Source: an uncultured Pseudobdellovibrionaceae bacterium
Lineage (GTDB): Bacteria; Patescibacteriota; Minisyncoccia; Moranbacterales; GCA-2747515
NCBI GenBank assembly: GCA_964463705.1
Contig: CAYXCH010000021.1
Location: 65,162-129,161 of the forward strand
DNA length: 64,000 nt
Reading direction: 5' to 3'
Part shown: positions 1-8,630 of the stretch, piece after piece
Numbering within the stretch: position 1 is the first letter of the stretch
Layout of the letters: each line of letters begins with the position of its first letter
The notes under the pieces: model-generated
The model's input: only the letters and a program-made list of their open reading frames with translations
The model's database searches: none
What the model was told of the DNA's origin: nothing
Translations under genes and position numbers: made by a program

Positions 1-457
1 TTAACCGCACCCGTACCGTCGTGGAATATCCCTCGGTCCCCGGTGTCGCTCGCTGCGGTGATGTGTTCCGCCCACTGCGAAAGTGATAATTCCCCAAACC
101 GCCTCGGCCTCCGCGCGCAATAACAACACGCTGATCAACTTCTGTAATATCATACGTATCGCCGCTGCGCTCATCCGTAATAACCGACCCGACGGGAACG
201 CGAATTATCGCCGTCTTCCCGTTTGCACCATCTCGCATATTTTGCTCTCCATCGCCGCCATTGCCGGCACGGATTGTTCGTTGAGTTCGAAATGCTCGCA
301 ATGCTCCCAAGTCACTTACTCCCACTGCCACAACATCACCTCCGCGACCGCCATTTCCACCGGTGGGACCTTGTGCCATCATTGTGCGAGCAAATCGTAC
401 CACACCATTACCACCTCGGCCGGCACGAACCGATATTGTAACGTCATCCGTAATCAT
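1..457 (-). CDS. obgE: GTPase ObgE, N-terminal part (runs off window start)
   Basis: Not in the ORF track. Manual translation from ATG at 457 gives MITDDVTISVRAGRGGNG...GPTGGNGGRGGDV...RVPVGSV...IARGGRGGLGNYHF, the Gly-rich Obg fold. The ATG overlaps the upstream stop (ATGA). Confidence 0.93.
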   Translation of the reverse strand, partial: MITDDVTISVRAGRGGNGVVRFARTMMAQGPTGGNGGRGGDVVAVGVSDLGALRAFRTQRTIRAGNGGDGEQNMRDGANGKTAIIRVPVGSVITDERSGDTYDITEVDQRVVIARGGRGGLGNYHFRSGRNTSPQRATPGTEGYSTTVRVRL

Positions 458-909
458 CGCGATGCCAACAACTCTCGGACAATACCGGTAACACGCGCCC
501 CGTCTGCTCGCGCTCCACATTCTTGCATTACTCGCCCCATTACCGATCCGAATGATGGCGCATCCTCTTGAATGTCATTTAGCACACGCTCTACCACACC
601 CCGAATTTCTTCATCACTCATCTGTTGCGGAAGATACCGAGCAATAATTTCCGCTTCGGCAGATTCCGCTTCCGCTCGATCTGTTGCTCCGCTATCGGCA
701 TATTGACGCGCCGCCTCCGCTCGTTGTTTTTGCGCTCGTCGCAGTACGGCAATCACAACATCCTCCGGTAACTCCGACACATCAATGCGCTGCGCAATCG
801 CTTCATTTTTCAGCGCCGTTATCAACGATCGTAAAACGTCTCTCGCCTGCGTATCACCGGCACGCATCGCTTCCTTCAATGCCGTTGTAAGAGTTTCAAT
901 CATCATCAT
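454..909 (-). CDS. GatB/YqeY domain protein
   Basis: LKEAMRAGD...LRSLITALKN...KQRAEAARQY...EAEIIARYLPQQMS...GSVMGRVM motifs; usual position after rpsU. ATG start taken at 909. Confidence 0.9.
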   Translation of the reverse strand: MMMIETLTTALKEAMRAGDTQARDVLRSLITALKNEAIAQRIDVSELPEDVVIAVLRRAQKQRAEAARQYADSGATDRAEAESAEAEIIARYLPQQMSDEEIRGVVERVLNDIQEDAPSFGSVMGRVMQECGARADGARVTGIVRELLASR

Positions 910-968
910 AATATTACCTGTTCCAAATGACAACGGCGACCCTCCGGCCGCCGATGGTGGACAACGTA

Positions 969-1235
969 TTAAAGCAGCCCATCTTTTTTCATCCGCTTTC
1001 GTAATTCACGAACGGCTTGCGGAGAGTATTGACCCATCTTTTTGAGACGATCAATCGCGCGGCGCAACTGCGCTTTGTACAGCGCTTCGGCACGCAACGC
1101 ATCCTTACTCTTTGGACGCTGCTCAAATCGTTTCGCACGTACTTCTCGCAACAATCCGCTCTGCTGAATCTTACGTGTAAAACGACGAATCAGGCTCTCT
1201 GTACTCTCTCGCTCTTTGCGAACAATCGTTACCAT
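969..1235 (-). CDS. rpsU: 30S ribosomal protein bS21 with C-terminal extension
   Basis: ESTESLIRRFTRKIQQSGLLREVRAKRFEQRPKS; rpsU-yqeY synteny. Confidence 0.88.
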   Translation of the reverse strand: MVTIVRKERESTESLIRRFTRKIQQSGLLREVRAKRFEQRPKSKDALRAEALYKAQLRRAIDRLKKMGQYSPQAVRELRKRMKKDGLL

Positions 1236-1241
1236 ATACCA

Positions 1242-1250
1242 ACCTCCCTT
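1242..1250 (-). promoter_or_regulatory. Strong Shine-Dalgarno of rpsU
   Basis: Minus strand AAGGGAGGT, with 6 nt between it and the ATG at 1235. Confidence 0.75.
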
Positions 1251-1340
1251 CCAGAAAGGATTATTTCATAAAAAACACACATTGTGCGTTCTCTACAATG
1301 CTATCACAATTTCCCGTATAATGCAACGTGTGACAAATGC

Positions 1341-2759
1341 CTATTTTTTCAACAATTTCTTTACCGTTGCTACCATTTTATCTTGCGGAACAGTTTCCTG
1401 TGATCCGCTACGCATATCCTTAATGATTACCGTCTCGTCCAATGCTTCTTGCTGACCGATAATAATTGTAACATCCACACCGGATCGCTCCGCTTTTCGC
1501 AACTGTGCTCGCAGATTTCCTCGTCCGAAACTTTCCGCTGTCATAATTCCCGATCGTTGCAACCGATCAAAAATTACCAAGCTCTTTCGCTTTGCCAATG
1601 CACCCAACTGCGCCAAAAACACCCGCGGACGAGGCAATGAGGGTTCTGTTGTACCGCTGTTCTGCAATGCCAATACCACACGATCCAGTCCAAGACCGAA
1701 TCCCACCGCCGGCATTTCCGGACCACCCAATGACGATAACAACGCATCGTACCGACCGCCACCACCCAGTGAGCGACGCTTAATCCCGGCATCTTCATCG
1801 GCTTTTACATAAATTTCAAAAACGGTTCGCGTATAATAATCCAGTCCGCGCACCAATGTTTGATCATGAACAAACGGAATCTTTAACTCCTCCAAATATG
1901 ACTGAAATGCCGCAAAATGTTCTACACTCTCTTCATCCAAACTCTCCGCCGGTGTGGGCGCATTAGCGGCAATTGCCCTACAGGCTTCATCTTTTGCATC
2001 TAAAATGCGTAACGGATTTGCTTTGATAAGCGGACGCAATTCTGCGGGAATTGATCGCCGATGTTTTTCCAAATATCGTGTAAGTGTTCGCTTATATGCC
2101 GCTCGGCTTTTCGGTGTCCCAATAGAATTGATGTGAAATACCACCGATCGCAGTCCCACACCGCGTAAAATCCGCCACGCCAACTGAACCATTTGCGCAT
2201 CTACAATCGGATCTTCTTCACCGAACACATCATAGTTTGCCTGATAGTGCTCCCGATACCGACCTTCTTGTGGACGATCATATCGGTATACCGGACCCAT
2301 GGAAAATAGCTTTACCGGCTTACTCCACACACTCATTCCATGCTGAATAAATGCACGAACATTTCCGGCAGTCAACTCCGGACGCAACGCTACCGCATCT
2401 CCACCCCGTGTCGTAAATGTATACATTTCCTTCTCTATCACTTCCGTATGCTCACCAACACTGCGAACAAAGAGATTTTCAAACTCAACTAACGGTGTTT
2501 GAATCCGTGAAAAACCATATTCTTGGGCAGCGCGACGACATGTTCGTCGCAATTGTTCCCAATACGGCTGCTGTTCCGGCAAGATGTCCCGCATTCCACG
2601 AACTGTTTGCAATACCAGTTTTCGCGAGGAAGATAATGTGGACCGTGAGGAAGATGATCGCGATGCCCGAGAACGCGAAGAAGATGCTGCACTCTTCTGA
2701 CGAGATCGTGATGATGAACGCTTTGCAGGACGTTGTGTGCGTGATGTTGCTGCCGACAT
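1341..2759 (-). CDS. hisS: Histidine--tRNA ligase with Ser/Arg-rich N-terminal extension
   Basis: RGMRDILP, KEMYTF, LRPELTAG, RYDRPQEGRYRE, LVRGLDYYTRTVFE, GGGRYD motifs. Confidence 0.97.
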   Translation of the reverse strand: MSAATSRTQRPAKRSSSRSRQKSAASSSRSRASRSSSSRSTLSSSRKLVLQTVRGMRDILPEQQPYWEQLRRTCRRAAQEYGFSRIQTPLVEFENLFVRSVGEHTEVIEKEMYTFTTRGGDAVALRPELTAGNVRAFIQHGMSVWSKPVKLFSMGPVYRYDRPQEGRYREHYQANYDVFGEEDPIVDAQMVQLAWRILRGVGLRSVVFHINSIGTPKSRAAYKRTLTRYLEKHRRSIPAELRPLIKANPLRILDAKDEACRAIAANAPTPAESLDEESVEHFAAFQSYLEELKIPFVHDQTLVRGLDYYTRTVFEIYVKADEDAGIKRRSLGGGGRYDALLSSLGGPEMPAVGFGLGLDRVVLALQNSGTTEPSLPRPRVFLAQLGALAKRKSLVIFDRLQRSGIMTAESFGRGNLRAQLRKAERSGVDVTIIIGQQEALDETVIIKDMRSGSQETVPQDKMVATVKKLLKK

Positions 2760-2776
2760 AAATATCGTATGTTATC

Positions 2777-3400
2777 TCAATTAACGGCTCCTGCCCGTGT
2801 CACGGGATAAAGACGGACAACCGCTTTTCCCATAACATATCGCTTTGGCAATGGTCCCCATGCGCGGGAATCGTAACTATGATTACGATTATCCCCCATA
2901 ACAAAATACTCATCTTCACCGACCGTATAGGATACATCGTCAGTTGTCACTCGTGCCGATTCCGAAAGATACGGCTCCTCCAATACCATACCTTCCGGAT
3001 GCAATTCATTATAAATTGTCACTACGCCGCCACGCACCGTAATACGTTCTCCCGGCAATGCCACCACTCGCTTAATAAAAAATGTTCCCGGACGCTGAGG
3101 AAAACGAAATACCACCGTATCCCCGCGACGAAATTCACGAGTAGAGCGCTTGAGAATAAAGTCTCCAATACGTACTTCTTTGTACCCGATTTCATTAATA
3201 ATCAAATACTCCCCACTATGATAATTCGGCTCCATGCTGGCACCATTGACAACAAATGGTTGAAATAGAAATAGACGGATGGGGATAATTACAACCATTG
3301 CCAATGCAAAAATTTTCACCACTTCCCATACAAACGCTCCGACACCCGGCGGGACGGTGGAAGAAGATGAGGCGCAATGTGTTCGTTTCATCTCATGCAT
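2777..3400 (-). CDS. lepB: Signal peptidase I
   Basis: GASMEP (catalytic Ser), FIKRVVALPGE (catalytic Lys), MGDNRNHSYDSRAWG; N-terminal TM. Confidence 0.96.
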   Translation of the reverse strand: MHEMKRTHCASSSSTVPPGVGAFVWEVVKIFALAMVVIIPIRLFLFQPFVVNGASMEPNYHSGEYLIINEIGYKEVRIGDFILKRSTREFRRGDTVVFRFPQRPGTFFIKRVVALPGERITVRGGVVTIYNELHPEGMVLEEPYLSESARVTTDDVSYTVGEDEYFVMGDNRNHSYDSRAWGPLPKRYVMGKAVVRLYPVTRAGAVN

Positions 3401-3489
3401 ATGCCTCCATTATTACCATATTTGTCATATGGATGCAAATAACAACACAAAACAAGCACCCCTTGGGACAATGCTATTATTTTTTGCAT

Positions 3490-6054
3490 CTATGGATTAG
3501 CCGGTGCCTCAGAACTCTCCGTTGGTGTTTCAGTATTGGCGGGAGCGGCGGCATCTCCACCATTTGTCGGCGCATCGGTATTTGTCTGTGTATTCTCACC
3601 ACTATTCTCCGCCGATGGCGCTACCGTCTGCGATGGATTTCCTTCCGGTGTTACCGCTGCCCGCTTCAGTGTATTGATTTTTTCTGAGATTTGTTTTCGC
3701 GCGGCACGTGTCTGCTCATTTGCCTTCTCTCCATCGGGAAGAACCTCCAACAATCGCTCATAAGTGGCAATTGCCGCCGCTTGCTGATCTTTACGCTCAT
3801 ACAATGTCGCCAACGCCAACAACGTATTCACTTCGGCATCATTGACACCCAAGATGCTTCGCAGCAATGCTTCAGCCCTTGCGGCATCACCCTCGGCATC
3901 CCGCTCCCGTAGCAGTACCGCCAAGTTATACGCGTATGTAATATTCGTATTATTTGTTGAAACAAACGCTTTTGTCATATCTTCCACCGCCGCATCCATA
4001 TCACCCAACGCTTGTTGAATCAATGCCCGCTGATAGTAAGCAGAAGCAAAATTTTCCTTCTTCTCAATCGCTTCCGTAAAAAGATCTCGTGCCGCCGCTA
4101 ACGCATCTTTTCGCGCCGCTTCATCCTTGGCATCTATTTGTATTGCTGCACGCAATGCAAGTTCCGCTCGCTTCAATACATAAACCGGATTGGACGGCTC
4201 TCGTTTCTGCGCCTCCTCATATGCCGTTTGCGCATCAGCAATCACCGTTGGATCATAGATACTGGTATTCTCCATAATCTGCGCATAAACCTCCGCCGCC
4301 GCCGCAGATGTCGGAAGTTTTATCCGTGCCGTATTGGCGGCCAACTGTGCTTGCTGCAAGTATGCGCGCAATGCATTCAAATCGCGCTCTTTTTCCGGCT
4401 TTAACGCTTCTCTGTTTGCCAATACCGCAAACTCTTGTGCCAAACGCATCCAATACGCTCCCTCTCGCGGATTCAGTGTAATGGCACGCTGTAATGACGC
4501 CAACGTATCCTTGGTTACTTCCGACGCTCGTACTGCCGATCCGGCAAATACATCTGCTGCAAAAATTTTACCGACAGAGAAAAAGGACATTCCCACACCG
4601 GCAATCAATATAATGGAAACAAATGCCAACGAGAGCGCAAACTGTGGCGAAGCTTTAAGCGATAATGTAATCGAACGCAATTCCAGACCGCTCTCCCGAT
4701 ATGCCGATACCAATGCCAGTACTCCCAACAATACACAAATAATTAATGCGGATCCATCAATACGTCGTGTCAACAGCGTGCCGATAACTATGATAATTGC
4801 TGAAGTAAGGCCAAGGGTAAATACTTTATTTCGTTGTGCATCTCGTGCCAACAAATACAACAATATACTCAAAAATGTTGCACCCACCAAAAGCAATGCC
4901 ACTGTTCCAAGAACACCGATTGTTGCCAGTGCATCAAAAATTATACCCTCTCCCTGTGTAAATCGCAGCGCAAACAACTGATGTGTATTAAGTCCCTCCG
5001 GACGCACCGTGGAAAAAGCATGTTCAAATTGCGCCGGTCCAAATCCAAGAAAAAAATGTTCTGACAACGCTGACCGTGTAATCTCCCACGCTAAAGATGG
5101 TGTCATGGATACCGTCGGCGGCAGCACCACATGATCTGACAACAACGGACTACGGGATGGAGATGCCATCAAAAATCCGACAACAATCACCAGGACGATC
5201 ATGGGAATAAACGGCAACGCCCCCTGTGCACGAACCAAGCGCGCCAATACAAACACCAAAAAGAATGTTACACCAATAGCAAACGGAATCAATGGAACAT
5301 ACTGCAACAACATATGAATATCAACAAGTGTCGCTATCAATGCCACCAACGCTCCCGCCGTTGCCACACCGCGCACCGAGCGAGAAATTGTTTCGCTGTT
5401 CCATAGCGCAAACAATGATGTCATCCACAACGGCACGCTCGCCGCGAGAAATAATGCCAAACTTTGCAATGATCCCATCATACTTAACGGTGCCATACGA
5501 GCGATACGCTCCGGTAAAAACGGCACGCCCGTTAAAGCCAACAGCGTCCATATCGCCACCACACCGGCTGCCATCATCAGTGCCGTAAAAAATAGGAGCG
5601 AGCGTCGCGGAGTAGAGTGCGTTACCACCAAGAAAAATATTGCCACAAACGCCAATAGCGCCACGACACCGTGAGAAGGATCGCCAAACTGCCCCCAAAC
5701 ACTGTGCCACCGATCACCCGATGCTACGATTGTACTGAGAACAACAACAGCGATAAATGCCAATACTACATAATCCAGCGGCGTCCGACGAAGAATCAAA
5801 CGTCCTCCAAGCGCTCCCTTCGCCGCCCACGCAACTAATGCCAACAAGATGACAATGTAGAAAAATATATACTTATCAAAGACAATTCCCTGCATTGTTA
5901 CCGCGGTAAAAAACACCGGGACACCAAAAAACACTGTTGTCAAACTTGCAGTAATCACACCATCTAACAGTCGTTCCTGCAATGACGCCTTCTCCGCAGA
6001 TGATTCGGCGGTAGTTGCATGATTAAATGCCTGAAAGTTCTGCTGCATGGACAT
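3490..6054 (-). CDS. Polytopic membrane protein, O-antigen ligase-like domain plus C-terminal TPR repeats
   Basis: Many TM segments, GFGPAQFEHAF and LATIGVLG segments, TPR-like repeats (AYYQRALIQQALGDMDAA). Start moved to ATG 6054 because the longer ORF overlaps the tRNA. Confidence 0.7.
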   Translation of the reverse strand: MSMQQNFQAFNHATTAESSAEKASLQERLLDGVITASLTTVFFGVPVFFTAVTMQGIVFDKYIFFYIVILLALVAWAAKGALGGRLILRRTPLDYVVLAFIAVVVLSTIVASGDRWHSVWGQFGDPSHGVVALLAFVAIFFLVVTHSTPRRSLLFFTALMMAAGVVAIWTLLALTGVPFLPERIARMAPLSMMGSLQSLALFLAASVPLWMTSLFALWNSETISRSVRGVATAGALVALIATLVDIHMLLQYVPLIPFAIGVTFFLVFVLARLVRAQGALPFIPMIVLVIVVGFLMASPSRSPLLSDHVVLPPTVSMTPSLAWEITRSALSEHFFLGFGPAQFEHAFSTVRPEGLNTHQLFALRFTQGEGIIFDALATIGVLGTVALLLVGATFLSILLYLLARDAQRNKVFTLGLTSAIIIVIGTLLTRRIDGSALIICVLLGVLALVSAYRESGLELRSITLSLKASPQFALSLAFVSIILIAGVGMSFFSVGKIFAADVFAGSAVRASEVTKDTLASLQRAITLNPREGAYWMRLAQEFAVLANREALKPEKERDLNALRAYLQQAQLAANTARIKLPTSAAAAEVYAQIMENTSIYDPTVIADAQTAYEEAQKREPSNPVYVLKRAELALRAAIQIDAKDEAARKDALAAARDLFTEAIEKKENFASAYYQRALIQQALGDMDAAVEDMTKAFVSTNNTNITYAYNLAVLLRERDAEGDAARAEALLRSILGVNDAEVNTLLALATLYERKDQQAAAIATYERLLEVLPDGEKANEQTRAARKQISEKINTLKRAAVTPEGNPSQTVAPSAENSGENTQTNTDAPTNGGDAAAPANTETPTESSEAPANP

Positions 6055-6168
6055 ATATTCTTCTATTACTATTTTTTGTACAACATATTTATAGTATATC
6101 ACACTCCCTACGATATGTCTGTAAAATAAACAGACGATACGTTTCTGTGCATATACCACCAAACCATG

Positions 6169-6241
6169 AGCCACCTGCCGGGCTTGAACCGGCGACCTAC
6201 GCGTTACGAGTGCGTTGCTCTACCAACTGAGCTAAGGTGGC
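6169..6241 (-). tRNA. tRNA-Thr(CGT)
   Basis: GCCACCTTAGCTCAGTTGGTAGAGCA...CTCGTAA...GGTTCAAGCCC...AGGTGGCT cloverleaf; CCA not encoded. Confidence 0.95.
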
Positions 6242-6253
6242 ATTACGGAAATC

Positions 6254-6281
6254 ATTATAATAAATTTCCGTAACTTGTCCA
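6254..6281 (-). promoter_or_regulatory. Sigma70-type promoter for tRNA-Thr(CGT)
   Basis: TGGACA-N16-TATAAT, ending 12 nt upstream of the tRNA. Confidence 0.55.
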
Positions 6282-6288
6282 GAGAATC

Positions 6289-7293
6289 CTACCGAGTCAT
6301 AACATGTGCCGCCATATCCACAAGGCGATGCGCATATCCTTGCTCATTATCGTACCAAACAACCACCTTAACCAGATCTCCATCTACAACGGTTGTCATT
6401 GACAAATCCACAATACCCGAATATGTCGCTCCGATAAAATCCGATGATACCAACGGCGCATCCGTCACCGCAAGAATGCCATCATATCGCGGCGATTGTG
6501 CCGCCTCGGATAGTGCCGTGTTTATCTCTTCCGCTGTTACTGTGCGATCAAGTAAAAAGGTGCAATCCGCCAATGACACGACCAGTGTCGGAACACGTAC
6601 ACTGATTCCGTCAAACTTTCCCGTCAAACCATCCACGACCGCTGTTGTGGCAACAGCGGCACCGGTTGTTGTCGGAACAATGTTTTGGGCGGCGGCACGA
6701 GATCGTCGCAAATCTCGGTGTGGCGCATCCTGTAACCGTTGATCCGCCGTATAAGAATGGATGGTTGTCATGAGCGCCTTGCGAATTCCAAATGTTTCTT
6801 GTAGTACCGCCACGACCGGCGCAATGCAATTTGTCGTACAGGACGCATTGGAAACAACATCATCATTTGCGTCTACCGCGTCATGATTAACACCCAACAC
6901 AAACGTGTTTACATCTCCCGATCCTTTTGCCGGCGCACTTAACACGACACGTCGCGCACCGGCATCAATATGCGCCCTCGCCGCACCGTCTCGCACAAAA
7001 CGCCCGGTGCACTCCAATACCACATCCACACCATACTCCTTCCATGGTAATGCGGACGGATCCGGCTGCGATAACACTTCATATCGCTCACCATCCACAA
7101 TAATCACTCCTTCCTCCGCCGTTACATCGGCATCATACGCCCCGTATGCCGTATCATGAGCAAGTAAGTGTGCCAGCGTTCGCGCATCCGTCAAATCATT
7201 AATTGCGACAACACGTAGATCGTCCCGCTCATGAATTGCCTTGAATGCCGCACGACCGATACGCCCAAAGCCGTTGATTGCTACTGTAATCAT
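6289..7293 (-). CDS. gap: Type I glyceraldehyde-3-phosphate dehydrogenase
   Basis: INGFGRIGR, SNASCTTNC, WYDNE. Confidence 0.98.
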   Translation of the reverse strand: MITVAINGFGRIGRAAFKAIHERDDLRVVAINDLTDARTLAHLLAHDTAYGAYDADVTAEEGVIIVDGERYEVLSQPDPSALPWKEYGVDVVLECTGRFVRDGAARAHIDAGARRVVLSAPAKGSGDVNTFVLGVNHDAVDANDDVVSNASCTTNCIAPVVAVLQETFGIRKALMTTIHSYTADQRLQDAPHRDLRRSRAAAQNIVPTTTGAAVATTAVVDGLTGKFDGISVRVPTLVVSLADCTFLLDRTVTAEEINTALSEAAQSPRYDGILAVTDAPLVSSDFIGATYSGIVDLSMTTVVDGDLVKVVVWYDNEQGYAHRLVDMAAHVMTR

Positions 7294-7313
7294 AGGTTAT
7301 TATATTATTCCAA

Positions 7314-8111
7314 TTATGCTGTATTGTAACAGTGCCGCAGAGAGGCGGCAATACGCAAAAGATCACGCGGCTGCCGCGCTGCGCGACCTACCACCACACC
7401 ACGCACTCCCAATGATGGAGTAAACTGTGTGATATTTTCCGGTGTTACACTCCCCCCATAGAGGATACGCACCGACTGAGCGGTCTCCGTATCATATAGT
7501 TGTGCAATAATTTTTTGCACTAAAATCCTGGCAGCCATAATATCTTCGGCGTCCGGCGGAGACTGAGCACCGATCGCCCACACCGGCTCGTACACCAAGA
7601 CACACCGCTGCAATGATGCCGCATCTACATGCTGTGTCAATACTCGCAAATGCTCCATTACCGCCCGCTGTAAATGACCGTGTTCACGCTCTTGCGCCGT
7701 CTCTCCGACAAAGATGATTGGTGTCATCTTTGCCGCCAATACGGCCGCCACTTGACGACCGACCGCCGCATCGTCCATATGTCGCCACCGATGCTGTTCA
7801 CTATGTCCCACCAACACATAGCGCACTCCCGCATCATACAGCGTCAGCGGAGAAAGTTGTCCCGTATACGCCCCACGCGTATGCCAAAACACATCTTGTG
7901 CTCCACAGGCGATACGAGAATCCACTTGCGCCAGCCGTGACACCACATCATAATGTGGCGCACTCGGACATAGAACAATGCGCACTCCCTGTTTAATATC
8001 CGGAACGGAATCAATATATCCACGCAAGGTATTGCAATACGCCACGATATCCGCACGGCGCACCATTGTCATTTTAAAATTTGCAACAATCAGTAAATCC
8101 GTTGTATTCAT
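7314..8111 (-). CDS. tpiA: Triosephosphate isomerase (divergent)
   Basis: ANFK, GAYTG, VGHSE, YEPVWAIG, ILYGGSV. Confidence 0.93.
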   Translation of the reverse strand: MNTTDLLIVANFKMTMVRRADIVAYCNTLRGYIDSVPDIKQGVRIVLCPSAPHYDVVSRLAQVDSRIACGAQDVFWHTRGAYTGQLSPLTLYDAGVRYVLVGHSEQHRWRHMDDAAVGRQVAAVLAAKMTPIIFVGETAQEREHGHLQRAVMEHLRVLTQHVDAASLQRCVLVYEPVWAIGAQSPPDAEDIMAARILVQKIIAQLYDTETAQSVRILYGGSVTPENITQFTPSLGVRGVVVGRAARQPRDLLRIAASLRHCYNTA

Positions 8112-8117
8112 ATACTT

Positions 8118-8612
8118 TTACGATAGTACCGCCGCCGCACCCAACGTAATTACCGTAACAATGACCGAGGCGATCACACTTCCCAATAACAACAATGGGA
8201 GTGCTCGACGGGGAGAAATTCCAAACACGCTCGCCGCCACCGCGCCGGTGAAAATCCCTGTCATTGGTAACGGAATTGCAACAAATAACACCAGTGCCAA
8301 CGCTCCGTACCGCGCAAATCGCTGCTCATTTCGCGTCTGCAATGAGTGAATATATCGCTCCCACATTTGCCGAATACGATCACTGTGCGCAATCATGGCA
8401 CGAATGATCGGCAATGATATAATCAACGTTATCGCTCCGGCGGCAATATTACCGAACAAAGACCATGCAATCGCTGCCACCGGCGACAAGTCGTATACCG
8501 TAATTGCTACCGGAATAGATCCACGCACTTCAATAATGGGTAACGCGGCAAGTACTACCACCGCCAATTCCGGCGGCAATGTTGTTACAGCATCAATGAT
8601 TGCATCCTTCAT
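8118..8612 (-). CDS. COG2426 / putative small multi-drug export family membrane protein
   Basis: LPIIEVRGSIP and FVAIPLPMTGIFTG motifs; about 4 TM segments. Confidence 0.85.
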   Translation of the reverse strand: MKDAIIDAVTTLPPELAVVVLAALPIIEVRGSIPVAITVYDLSPVAAIAWSLFGNIAAGAITLIISLPIIRAMIAHSDRIRQMWERYIHSLQTRNEQRFARYGALALVLFVAIPLPMTGIFTGAVAASVFGISPRRALPLLLLGSVIASVIVTVITLGAAAVLS

Positions 8613-8630
8613 GACAATTGATATTAGGCG

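Noticed and set aside
934-953. GC-rich hairpin after rpsU as a terminator
   Set aside because: There is no U-tract, and the downstream gene looks co-transcribed; at most a stability hairpin.
6055-6174. N-terminal 40 codons of ORF 3490..6174
   Set aside because: The ORF starts inside the tRNA-Thr gene and crosses an AT-rich spacer; ATG 6054 is more plausible.
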